Below, one piece after another: positions 9,265 to 17,529 of a stretch of DNA of 32,000 nt. The first letter of the stretch is position 1. Every line of letters starts with the position of its first letter. The stretch is from contig NZ_JAGIOS010000003.1 in the NCBI RefSeq assembly GCF_017876815.1, positions 300,001 through 332,000 of the forward strand. The letters are read 5' to 3'. The notes beneath the pieces were generated by a model, which ran no database searches, was not told the origin of the DNA, and saw only the letters and a list, made by a program, of their open reading frames with translations. Source of the stretch: Sinorhizobium meliloti. GTDB lineage: Bacteria; Pseudomonadota; Alphaproteobacteria; Rhizobiales; Rhizobiaceae. Position numbers and translations under genes: made by a program.

Positions 9265-9765
9265 ATGCATCAGGGGTTCTTTCTTCTGTTCGCTACGGTG
9301 TCCGTGGTCACAGCCCTGACGCTGGTCCTGGCGCGCAATCCGGTTCACAGCGCATTGGCGCTGATGGCGTGCTTCCTGCAGATTTCCGCAATCTTCGTTA
9401 TGCTCGGCGCGCCGCTGCTCGCGGTCATCCAGATCTTCGTCTATGTCGGCGCGATCATGGTCCTGTTCCTGTTCGTGATCATGATGGTCGACGTGCGCGA
9501 AGCGGTGCTGCAGCGTTTCATGCCCGGCGGCAACTTGCCGGCGCTCGCCCTTCTCGTCCTGCTCGGTGCTGAGATGGTCGTGCTGGTGCTCTGGAGTGAT
9601 CGCTTCATCGAATCGCCGCCAGTCGCCGAACGCGGAGGCGATGCGATCAGAGATCTCAGCAAGACGCTCTTCTCGGACTATCTCCTGCCGTTCGAAGTCG
9701 CCTCCGTCATCCTGCTGGCGGCTCTCGTCGGCGCCATCGTGCTGGCGCGGAAGGAGCCTGGCTGA
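9265..9765 (+). CDS. nuoJ: NADH-quinone oxidoreductase subunit J.
   Basis: The sequence [74 protein letters not shown] is typical of NuoJ. I chose the ATG at 9265 rather than the track's TTG at 9229. The stop overlaps the nuoK start (TGATG). Confidence 0.9.
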   Translation: MHQGFFLLFATVSVVTALTLVLARNPVHSALALMACFLQISAIFVMLGAPLLAVIQIFVYVGAIMVLFLFVIMMVDVREAVLQRFMPGGNLPALALLVLLGAEMVVLVLWSDRFIESPPVAERGGDAIRDLSKTLFSDYLLPFEVASVILLAALVGAIVLARKEPG

Positions 9766-10067
9766 TGGTCCCGCTCTGGTGGTCGATCCTGCTCGGAGTG
9801 GCCCTGTTTGTGATAGGAGCGGGGGGCGTCCTTCTAAGGCGCAATATCCTGATCGTGCTGATGTCGCTGGAGCTTCTGCTCAATTCGGTCAACATCAATT
9901 TCATCGCCTTCGGGCAGTACTACGACGACTTCCGCGGACAGATCTTTGCGATCTTCGTCATCGCGATCACCGCGGCGGAGGTTGCCGTGGCCCTCGGCAT
10001 ATTGGTCGCGCTGGTGAGGAACAAGTCCACCCTCAAGGTAGACGACGTCACCATCATGAAAGGATAG
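9765..10067 (+). CDS. nuoK: NADH-quinone oxidoreductase subunit K.
   Basis: It is 100 aa with three TM segments and the NuoK signature [19 protein letters not shown]. Confidence 0.95.
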   Translation: MVPLWWSILLGVALFVIGAGGVLLRRNILIVLMSLELLLNSVNINFIAFGQYYDDFRGQIFAIFVIAITAAEVAVALGILVALVRNKSTLKVDDVTIMKG

Positions 10068-10071
10068 CGGC

Positions 10072-11535
10072 TTGGACCCGGTGATATCGACCCGGCCGCT
10101 GCTCGCCGTCGCCGTCGCCGGACTGGCGGCCCTCGCCATTCTCTTTCTCAACAAGCGCGAAAAACTCCGCGACGCGGTATCGCCGATCGCCGCGGTCGCC
10201 ATGTTTGCGATCGTCGTCTCCATGGCGCCGACGGTGCTGGCCGGCGGCACCGTCGAACTGCGGTTGTTCGAGGTCCTGCCAGGGATCGACGTCGCTTTGC
10301 GGGCCGATGCGCTCGGCATGGTATTCGCCACTGTCTCTTCGCTTCTGTGGATCGTGGCCGCGGTCTACTCCATCGGTTATATGCGGCACTTGCACGAGCA
10401 CGCGCAGACCCGCTTTTTCGCCTGCTTCGCCACCAGCCTCGCGGCCGCAGTGGGCGGCGCCTTCGCCGCAAATCTGTTCACGCTGGTTATCTTCTACGAG
10501 GTGCTGAGCCTCGTCACCTATCCGCTCGTCTACCACCACGAGGACGAAGAAGGATGGCGGGGCAGCCGCAAGTATCTCGTCTATCTGATGGGCGCTTCGA
10601 AAAGCGTGCTTCTCGCTGCTTTGGCGCTGACCTATCACATCGCCGGGTCGCTCGACTTCGTGAGGGGCGGGTTGCTGACCGGCGCCAATGCCTCGGCGAC
10701 GCTGCTCACTGTCGTCTATTTCTGCTATCTGTTCGGCTTCGCCAAGGCGGCGGTGATGCCGATGCATGCCTGGCTGCCCGCCGCAATGGTGGCGCCGACG
10801 CCTGTCAGCGCGCTCTTGCATGCCGTGGCGGTCGTCAAAATGGGCGTCTTCTGCGTGCTGCGGGTGATCTTTCATGTTTTTGGCGTCAGCACGGTCGGGG
10901 AACTGGGCCTTGGGGTCGCCACGGCCTATTTGGTCTCATTCACCATCCTGATGGCATCGGTCTACGCGCTGACGCGCGACGACCTGAAGGCGAGGCTTGC
11001 CTATTCGACCGTCAGCCAGCTCTCCTACATCGTGTTGGGCGCGGTACTCCTATCGCCGCTGGCCATGGTCGGCGGGATCATCCACATCGCCGCGCATGCA
11101 TTCTCCAAGATCACGCTCTTTTTCTGCGCGGGGTCGATCTATTGCGCGTCCGGAAAACGCAACATCAGCGACATGGCGGGCATCGGCCGGAGGCTTCCCT
11201 GGACGATGGGGGCATTCTTCGTCGCGTCGCTGAGCATGATCGGCATCCCGCCGACGGCAGGTTTCGTCAGCAAGTGGTATCTGGCGGAGGGCTCGGTAGA
11301 GGCCGGACAGATGGCTTTCCTGGCCGTGCTGCTCGCAAGTTCGGTCCTCAATGCCGCCTATTTTCTGCCGGTCAGCTACACCGCCTTTTTCGAGGCGGAG
11401 ACCAAGGAGAGCCGGGCGCCGGTCCGCGAAATCCCGCTTGTTGCGATCCCGCTGGTCGCGACCGCGATCCTATCAGTGCTGATGGGCATCTTCCCCTACT
11501 ATTTCCTCACCCTCGCGGACGGAGTGATCCGATGA
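10072..11535 (+). CDS. Extra antiporter-like subunit of the NuoL/MrpA-MrpD family (Proton_antipo_M type), with no lateral helix.
   Basis: It is 487 aa and polytopic. The TM5 Glu context is LVIFYEVLSLVTYPLV. The TM7-8 signature FGFAKAAVMPMHAWLPAAMVAPTPVSALLHAVAVVKMGVF is of NuoL/MrpA type. The protein ends right after the pump core, so it lacks the C-terminal amphipathic helix. The TTG start at 10072 sits 7 nt after AAAGGA, and a GTG at 10081 is an alternative. Confidence 0.85.
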   Translation: MDPVISTRPLLAVAVAGLAALAILFLNKREKLRDAVSPIAAVAMFAIVVSMAPTVLAGGTVELRLFEVLPGIDVALRADALGMVFATVSSLLWIVAAVYSIGYMRHLHEHAQTRFFACFATSLAAAVGGAFAANLFTLVIFYEVLSLVTYPLVYHHEDEEGWRGSRKYLVYLMGASKSVLLAALALTYHIAGSLDFVRGGLLTGANASATLLTVVYFCYLFGFAKAAVMPMHAWLPAAMVAPTPVSALLHAVAVVKMGVFCVLRVIFHVFGVSTVGELGLGVATAYLVSFTILMASVYALTRDDLKARLAYSTVSQLSYIVLGAVLLSPLAMVGGIIHIAAHAFSKITLFFCAGSIYCASGKRNISDMAGIGRRLPWTMGAFFVASLSMIGIPPTAGFVSKWYLAEGSVEAGQMAFLAVLLASSVLNAAYFLPVSYTAFFEAETKESRAPVREIPLVAIPLVATAILSVLMGIFPYYFLTLADGVIR

Positions 11536-11786
11536 TCAAGCCTGTCGTCGATTTCTTTGGTGACGCGCAATATGCGAGGTTGCGCCGGCGGCTGTTCTAT
11601 CTGGTGCTCGTCCTGATCGTCGCCGCCGACTTCCTGGTTCCCCGCGACCACGCCGAATACCTGTGGGAGCGGCTGCCGGGCTGGCCGGCGGCGTACGGCT
11701 TCGGCTCCTGCGTGCTGCTCATCTTCGTTTCCAAGTTTCTCGGTCATCGCGCCGGGCTGATGCGGCGCGAGGACTACTATGATTGA
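11532..11786 (+). CDS. Small (84 aa) predicted two-TM membrane protein of unknown function, embedded in the nuo membrane-arm operon.
   Basis: The sequence is MIKPVVDFFGDAQYARLRRRLFYLVLVLIVAADFLVPRDHAEYLWERLPGWPAAYGFGSCVLLIFVSKFLGHRAGLMRREDYYD. Its ATG overlaps the upstream stop (ATGA at 11532-11535) and its stop overlaps the next gene's start by 8 nt. Third codon positions are strongly G/C-biased. In the track it appears only as the tail of the out-of-frame ORF 10347..11786. Confidence 0.55.
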   Translation: MIKPVVDFFGDAQYARLRRRLFYLVLVLIVAADFLVPRDHAEYLWERLPGWPAAYGFGSCVLLIFVSKFLGHRAGLMRREDYYD

Positions 11787-13539
11787 TTTCGTCCACCCGG
11801 CTCTCATCTTCATTCTAGGCGCTCTGCCGATCCCGTTCTTAACGGGACCGGTGCGTAAAGCCTATCTCGTGCTGATCCCGGTACTGGCGATCGTCGCCGT
11901 CACGGCGATAGAGCCCGGCAGTCATGGCGAGACGCAGTTCCTCGGCCAGGACATTCTGGTTGCGAAGGCCGACAAGCTCAGCATCGTCTTCGCGACCGTC
12001 TTCACCATCATGGCGCTGATCGGCACGGTCTATGCATTGCACCTTTCCGGCGCCGGCCAGCATGTGGCCGCCTTCGTCTATGTCGGCAGCGCGCTCGGGG
12101 TGGTGTTCGCAGGCGACTATCTGACCCTCTACCTGTTTTGGGAGGGCATGGCATTCGCCTCGGCTTATCTGGTCTTCGCTCAAGGAGGCCGACAGGCGAT
12201 CCGCGCCGCTTTTCGGTATCTTATGGTCCACGTCACCGGCGGCGTCGTCCTGCTCGGGGGAATTCTGCTCCATGGGGCAGCCGCAGGCTCGCTGCTCTTC
12301 GGTCCGGTCGAGGGCCCTTTGGGCGCGGGTGCCTACCTCATTCTTGCCGGTTTCCTGCTCAACGCGGCGGTGCCGCCGCTCAATGCCTGGCTGACCGATG
12401 CCTACCCGGAGGCGACCGTCACCGGGGCGGTGTTCATGAGCGCCTTCACGACCAAGACCGCCGTCTACGTGCTGGCGCGGGCGTTTCCGGGTATCGAACT
12501 GCTGGTCTGGCTCGGCACGGTGATGGCGCTCTATGGCGTCATTTATGCGGTGCTGGAAAACGACTGCCGCCGCCTTCTTGCCTATCATATCGTCAGCCAG
12601 GTGGGCTACATGGTCGCGGGCATCGGCATCGGCACCGAGCTGGCGGTGAACGGAGCCACCAGTCACGCCTTCGCGCACATCCTTTACAAGGGGCTCCTGT
12701 TCATGGGCGCCGGGGCGGTGATCTACGTCACAGGCCGGCGCAAGCTCACGGAGCTTGGCGGGCTCTACAAGGCAATGCCGCTGACGGTGGCGCTCTATAT
12801 GATCGGCGCCTTTGCGATCTCGGCATTTCCGTTCTTCTCGGGTTTTGTCAGCAAATCGATGGTGGTGGCCGCTGCAGGGCAGGATCACCGCGCGCTGGTG
12901 ATGCTGGCGCTGACGATGGCGTCATCCGGGACGTTCCTGCACACCGGGCTCAAACTCCCCTATTACATGTTCTTCGGTACCGACCGGGGGCTGCAGGCAC
13001 GGGAGCCGCCCGGCAACATGCTGGCCGCGATGGGCATGGCGGCGGCGCTTTGCATTGCCATCGGCGTATTCCCCGGACCGCTCTACGCGCTTCTGCCCTA
13101 TCCTGTCGATTTCGAGCCCTATACCGGCGTCCACGTGACCGAGAGCCTCGGGATCCTGATGTTCACGGCTCTGGGCTTTGTGATCTTCCTCCGGGCGCTC
13201 GATCCCGAAAACACGATCAGTCTCGACATCGACTGGTTCTATCGCAAGGGCGCCCGCGCCTTCATGTGGTTCGCAGAAAGACCGTTGGCGCGCTATGAGA
13301 AGGCGGTCAGCGACGTGTCGGAGACCACGGTTCTGCCCTTCCTGCACGGCTCGGCGCGCACGGGGATGCGGCTCGATCTCAATGGCGTGGATGGAGTCGT
13401 CAATGGCGTCGCCCGATCGATCCTCGAAGGCGGCGGCGTATTGCGGCGCTTGCAGACCGGCGTCATCAGCCATTACGTGCTGGCGATGATCGCCGGTCTG
13501 ATCGCGGCCATCCTCGTCTTCGCGGTCGTCTGGAGGTAG
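11779..13539 (+). CDS. nuoL: NuoL-like antiporter subunit carrying the C-terminal lateral (HL) helix and a terminal TM anchor.
   Basis: It is 586 aa. The pump core shows LYLFWEGMAFASAYLV and NAWLTDAYPEATVTGAVFMSAFTTKTAVY. The C-terminus reads DIDWFYRKGARAF...LNGVDGVVNGVARSILEGGGVLRRLQTGVISHYVLAMIAGLIAAILVFAVVWR. The DG-VNG...LQTG...Y motif followed by a final TM is characteristic of NuoL/MrpA lateral-helix regions. Confidence 0.85.
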   Translation: MIDFVHPALIFILGALPIPFLTGPVRKAYLVLIPVLAIVAVTAIEPGSHGETQFLGQDILVAKADKLSIVFATVFTIMALIGTVYALHLSGAGQHVAAFVYVGSALGVVFAGDYLTLYLFWEGMAFASAYLVFAQGGRQAIRAAFRYLMVHVTGGVVLLGGILLHGAAAGSLLFGPVEGPLGAGAYLILAGFLLNAAVPPLNAWLTDAYPEATVTGAVFMSAFTTKTAVYVLARAFPGIELLVWLGTVMALYGVIYAVLENDCRRLLAYHIVSQVGYMVAGIGIGTELAVNGATSHAFAHILYKGLLFMGAGAVIYVTGRRKLTELGGLYKAMPLTVALYMIGAFAISAFPFFSGFVSKSMVVAAAGQDHRALVMLALTMASSGTFLHTGLKLPYYMFFGTDRGLQAREPPGNMLAAMGMAAALCIAIGVFPGPLYALLPYPVDFEPYTGVHVTESLGILMFTALGFVIFLRALDPENTISLDIDWFYRKGARAFMWFAERPLARYEKAVSDVSETTVLPFLHGSARTGMRLDLNGVDGVVNGVARSILEGGGVLRRLQTGVISHYVLAMIAGLIAAILVFAVVWR

Positions 13540-13545
13540 GGCGCG

Positions 13546-15021
13546 ATGTCGATCCCGCTGCTGAGCCTCATCGTCTTCGTGCCCGTCGCCGGGGCGGCCG
13601 TTCTGATGTTCATGCGCAGCGACGATGCGGTGCGGTGGACTGCGCTCGGTTTCGGGATTGTCGATCTCGCTCTCTGCGTGGTGATGCTGGCAGGCTTCGA
13701 CACGACGACCCACGAAATGCAGTTCACCGAGAGCCGTCCCTGGGTGCCCGCGCTCGGGATCACCTATGCGCTCGGCGTCGACGGCATCAGCGCGCTCTTC
13801 CTGTTCCTGACGGCGCTGTTGAGCTTGATCTCCGTGCTCGCTTCCTGGGTGGCGATCGACCGCAAGGTGAAGGAGTTCATGGTCAGCCTGCTGGTCATGC
13901 AGGCGCTGATGCTCGGTGTCTTCTGCGCGCTCGACCTGTTCCTGTTCTACGTCTTCTGGGAAGCGATGCTGATTCCGATGTATCTGATCATCGGCGTCTG
14001 GGGCGGCGAAGGCCGGGTCTATGCTGCGTTCAAGTTCTTCCTCTACACGCTGGCCGGCAGCATCCTCTTCCTGATCGGCGTCATCGTGCTCTATTTCCAG
14101 GGGGGCGAGACCTTCGACATACTCGCCCTGACGGGGCAGGATCTGCCCTTCGGCGTCCAGGCCTGGCTGTTCTTCGCCTTCCTGGTGGCCTTCGCTGTCA
14201 AGGTGCCGATGGTGCCGGTGCACACGTGGCTGCCGGACGCCCATGTGCAGGCGCCGACTGCGGGCAGCATCATTCTCGCGGGCGTGCTCCTGAAGATGGG
14301 TGCTTACGGATTCCTGCGCTTCTCGCTGCCGATGCTGCCGGAAGCATCGCTCTATTATTCGACGCTCATGCTCGCGCTTTCGGCTCTTGCGATCGTTTAT
14401 GGCGGCCTGCTGGCTCTGGCCCAGGACGACCTAAAAAAGCTGGTGGCCTATTCCAGCATCAGCCATATGGGATTCGTGACGCTCGGGATTTTCGCGCTGA
14501 ATCTGCGCGGGCTCGAGGGCAGCATCCTGCAGATGTTCAATCACGGGATAACGACGGGCGCATTGTTCCTGTTCGTGGGCCTGATCTACGAGCGCACGCA
14601 TACCCGCAGCATCGCGAATTACGGCGGGCTGATGAAGGCGGCGCCCGTCTATACCGCCTTTCTTGCGCTCTTCACCCTGTCTTCGATGGCGCTGCCGGGG
14701 ACGAACGCTTTCGTGGGCGAACTGCTGGTGCTGTCAGGCGGGTTTGCGGCAAACCTCGCCGCGGGCGCCGCGGCCGTAGTGGGTGCGTTGCTGAGTGCCG
14801 CCTACCTGCTCGGCATGTACGGGAAAGTGGCGCTTGGTCCGCCGAGTGTGAGTGCGAAGTATGAGATACATGACGTGAACGGCCGCGAGATCGCTGCCAT
14901 CCTGCCGCTCGCCATCTTCGTGCTCTGGGTTGGGCTCTATCCGCGCCCGTTCCTCGGGATCATCGATGCGTCGGTTCGAAATCTGCTGGTGCAGGTACAC
15001 GGTGAAGGGAGTGGTCAATGA
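13546..15021 (+). CDS. nuoM: NADH-quinone oxidoreductase subunit M.
   Basis: It carries VFWEAMLIPMYLIIGVWGG and the NuoM-type signature VHTWLPDAHVQAPTAGSIILAGVLLKMGAYG. GGAGG lies 6-10 nt upstream of the start. Confidence 0.93.
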   Translation: MSIPLLSLIVFVPVAGAAVLMFMRSDDAVRWTALGFGIVDLALCVVMLAGFDTTTHEMQFTESRPWVPALGITYALGVDGISALFLFLTALLSLISVLASWVAIDRKVKEFMVSLLVMQALMLGVFCALDLFLFYVFWEAMLIPMYLIIGVWGGEGRVYAAFKFFLYTLAGSILFLIGVIVLYFQGGETFDILALTGQDLPFGVQAWLFFAFLVAFAVKVPMVPVHTWLPDAHVQAPTAGSIILAGVLLKMGAYGFLRFSLPMLPEASLYYSTLMLALSALAIVYGGLLALAQDDLKKLVAYSSISHMGFVTLGIFALNLRGLEGSILQMFNHGITTGALFLFVGLIYERTHTRSIANYGGLMKAAPVYTAFLALFTLSSMALPGTNAFVGELLVLSGGFAANLAAGAAAVVGALLSAAYLLGMYGKVALGPPSVSAKYEIHDVNGREIAAILPLAIFVLWVGLYPRPFLGIIDASVRNLLVQVHGEGSGQ

Positions 15022-16457
15022 CTGCTGCCGCGCTTCTCCAATGGGCCCTGGCGAGCGTCCCCGAGATCATCGTGGTCACCGGTGCCTGCGTCCTGCTGAT
15101 TGTCGGAGAGCTTGTGCGCAAGGGACGCGACGATCTGCTCCTGTGGGCTTCAGTAGCGATCGTGCTCCTCGCCGCGGTAGCCACGCTCATGCTGGCAGGC
15201 GAGATGCAGCCAGCCTATGCGGGCATGTTCATTTCCGACCGCTTCGCCGTCTTCTTCAAGTTGGTGTTTTATCTGGCGACCATCCTGACCTTCTTCCTGT
15301 CGCGGAAATACGCCGAGATAGAGGGGATCGGCAGGAGCGAATATTATGTCCTGCTGCTCTTTGCCCTTGTGGGAATGATGATCATGGCCTCGGCGATCGA
15401 CCTCCTGTCGATCTATGTGGGTCTCGAGTTGATGGTGCTCTGCACCTATGTGCTGACAGGCTTCCTGCGCAAAGAGCGGCGGTCGAACGAGGCGGCGTTG
15501 AAATATGTGATCCTCGGCGCGGTCTCGACGGCGATTTTCCTTTATGGAGTCTCGCTCATCTACGGGCTCACCGGTACGACCCAGCTGAACCGGATGGCTG
15601 AGGCGGTGAGCGGCGGTCCGCTCGATCCCGCCCTGCTGCTGGCGGTCGTTTTCATCGTTGCGGGGCTCGTCTTCAAGATCGGCGCCGTGCCGTTCCATAT
15701 GTGGGTGCCGGATGTCTATGAAGGCGCGCCGACGACGATCACCGCCTTCATGTCGGTCGCGCCCAAGGCGGCCGGATTCGCGGTGATTCTCCGGGTGTTC
15801 CTCAATCCGCTTGTCGAAGCCTCGAACGCCTGGATCATCGTCGCGGCCATTGCGGTGGCAACGATGGCGCTCGGCAGTTTCGTCGCGCTTGTGCAGGATA
15901 ATTTCAAGCGCCTGCTCGCCTATTCCAGCATCGCCCATGCGGGTTTCGCTATTTTCGGCGTGGTGGCCGGCGGCCAGGACGGGATCGCCAGCGTAATGCT
16001 CTATCTGCTCATCTACACTTTCATGAATCTCGGCATTTTCGGCGCGGTGATCATGATGCGGAACGGCGACTTTTCCGGCGAAGTCATCGAAGACTACGCG
16101 GGTTTCGCCAAGTTCCATCCCGGACTCGCGCTTCTGATGCTCCTTTATCTCTTCTCGCTCGCTGGCATTCCGCCGACGGCCGGGTTCTTCGCCAAGTTCT
16201 ATGTGCTGGTCGCGCTGGTCGAGCGCGGTTTCGTCGCGCTGGCGGTGATCGCAGTCCTGCTCAGCGTCGTCTCCGCCTATTTCTATATCCGCATCGTCAT
16301 GGTGATCTACATGCGTGAGCCGGAAAGGGCGTTCGAACCTGCGTTGACGCCGCTCGTCAGCGCCACGCTCGCCTTCACCGCCGCCGGCACCATCGGCATC
16401 GGCCTGTTTCCGGCGTGGTTCCTGAGGCTTGCTCAACAGTCGGCTTTCGGCGGGTAA
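15018..16457 (+). CDS. nuoN: NADH-quinone oxidoreductase subunit N.
   Basis: It has the NuoN-type signature FKIGAVPFHMWVPDVYEGAPTTITAFMSVAPKAAGF. Its start overlaps the nuoM stop (ATGA). Confidence 0.92.
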   Translation: MTAAALLQWALASVPEIIVVTGACVLLIVGELVRKGRDDLLLWASVAIVLLAAVATLMLAGEMQPAYAGMFISDRFAVFFKLVFYLATILTFFLSRKYAEIEGIGRSEYYVLLLFALVGMMIMASAIDLLSIYVGLELMVLCTYVLTGFLRKERRSNEAALKYVILGAVSTAIFLYGVSLIYGLTGTTQLNRMAEAVSGGPLDPALLLAVVFIVAGLVFKIGAVPFHMWVPDVYEGAPTTITAFMSVAPKAAGFAVILRVFLNPLVEASNAWIIVAAIAVATMALGSFVALVQDNFKRLLAYSSIAHAGFAIFGVVAGGQDGIASVMLYLLIYTFMNLGIFGAVIMMRNGDFSGEVIEDYAGFAKFHPGLALLMLLYLFSLAGIPPTAGFFAKFYVLVALVERGFVALAVIAVLLSVVSAYFYIRIVMVIYMREPERAFEPALTPLVSATLAFTAAGTIGIGLFPAWFLRLAQQSAFGG

Positions 16458-16504
16458 GGCGGGTTTTCGCTGCTGTATCGGCGTTTGCTACAGGCGGGCC
16501 GATT

Positions 16505-16545
16505 CGGATCATGCATTACTAATCAATTGGATTTGCATTGATCCG
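16505..16545. promoter_or_regulatory. Imperfect palindrome CGGATCATGCA-N18-TGCATTGATCCG around an AT-rich core, in the nuoN-nuoA spacer; candidate operator, internal promoter or RNA hairpin.
   Basis: The arms pair over 11 bp with one bulged base. The core TTACTAATCAATTGGATT is very AT-rich for this genome. No T-run follows, so it is not an obvious intrinsic terminator. Confidence 0.3.
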
Positions 16546-16672
16546 CCCGACGGCATAGACTCGCCTTGGAGGAAAAGGATTGCCAAGGCCGCCTATCGAG
16601 GCGCCGGCATCCCCGGTTCCGAAGGGGCCGATCGCGGCTGAGAAAAGCCGCTGGTTGGCCAAGGCCAACGCT

Positions 16673-17038
16673 ATGACGGCAATGGAGTTCCTGCCGGTTC
16701 TGTTTATGGTTACCGGGATAGTCCTGGTGGCGGCGGCGACGCTTTTCGTCTCATCGCTGTTGCGTCCGTCCAATCCCTATCCCGAGAAGAACGCCCCTTA
16801 CGAATGCGGTATGGAAGCGGCGGGCGAGGCCGCAGGCGGGCGCTTCCGGGTTCCGTTCTTTATCCTCGCTATCCTCCTCGTGGTCTTCGATGTCGAAGCG
16901 ATGTTCCTCTTTCCCTGGGCGGTCGTCCTGAAGGAGATCGGCTTCGTCGGCTATATCGAGATGTTCGTCTTCATGTTGCTGCTACTTGTGGGCTTCGCCT
17001 ATGCCTGGCTGAAGGGGGCGCTGGAATGGCAGGAGTAA
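16673..17038 (+). CDS. nuoA: NADH-quinone oxidoreductase subunit A.
   Basis: The sequence [30 protein letters not shown]...YECGMEAAG...[23 protein letters not shown] matches the NuoA pattern. The track's TTG start at 16580 adds a Pro/Ala-rich 31 aa that is unlikely to be real. Confidence 0.9.
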   Translation: MTAMEFLPVLFMVTGIVLVAAATLFVSSLLRPSNPYPEKNAPYECGMEAAGEAAGGRFRVPFFILAILLVVFDVEAMFLFPWAVVLKEIGFVGYIEMFVFMLLLLVGFAYAWLKGALEWQE

Positions 17039-17529
17039 ACGACGCGATTCGCGACAGCGTACTGTTCACCACGGCCGACAGCATCATCAGTTGGAGCCGG
17101 AGGTCGGCCCTGTGGCCCGAAACCTTCGGCATTGCCTGCTGCGCCATCGAAATGATCTCGGCCGGTTGCGCGCGCTACGACCTCGACCGGTTCGGCGTGG
17201 TGTTCCGGCCTTCTCCGCGGCAGTCCGATGTGATGATCATTGCCGGCACAGTCACTCGGAAATTCGCGCCCGTCGTGCGGCGGCTTTACGACCAGATGCC
17301 GGAACCGCGTTGGGTGATTGCGATGGGGACCTGCGCAATTTCGGGCGGAGTCTACAACACCTATGCCGTGGTGCAGGGATCGGAAACCTTCGTCCCCGTC
17401 GACGTGCATGTGCCCGGCTGTCCGCCGCGGCCGGAGGCGCTGATGCACGGTTTTCTCCTGCTTCAGGAAAAGATCAAGAAGTCCCGTGCACTTACCGGGA
17501 CGCCCCTAGGACGGGTTATAGCATCATGA
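17026..17529 (+). CDS. nuoB: NADH-quinone oxidoreductase subunit B (N2 cluster subunit).
   Basis: All N2 ligand motifs are present: [18 protein letters not shown] and [11 protein letters not shown]. The ATG at 17026 overlaps the nuoA end by 13 nt. The track ORF 16804..17529 begins upstream in the same frame. Confidence 0.95.
   Translation: MAGVNDAIRDSVLFTTADSIISWSRRSALWPETFGIACCAIEMISAGCARYDLDRFGVVFRPSPRQSDVMIIAGTVTRKFAPVVRRLYDQMPEPRWVIAMGTCAISGGVYNTYAVVQGSETFVPVDVHVPGCPPRPEALMHGFLLLQEKIKKSRALTGTPLGRVIAS

Noticed and set aside
10347-11531. The upstream 395 codons of track ORF 10347..11786 (479 aa, frame +3).
   Set aside because: This part overlaps the 487-aa antiporter-like gene out of frame and reads as Arg/Gly/Pro-rich nonsense. 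Only the last 84 codons, from the ATG at 11532, behave like a real gene, and they are reported separately.
11839-16436. Several long minus-strand ORFs (11839..12888, 12922..14244, 15150..16436) opposite nuoL-like, nuoM and nuoN.
   Set aside because: All lie antisense to polytopic membrane proteins with conserved pump signatures. The translations are highly charged and low in complexity. They are GC artefacts.
16580-16672. A TTG-initiated 31-aa N-terminal extension of nuoA ([31 protein letters not shown]).
   Set aside because: NuoA proteins begin close to the first TM helix. The extension is Pro/Ala-rich with no RBS, and it would consume the spacer containing the hairpins. The ATG at 16673 is preferred.
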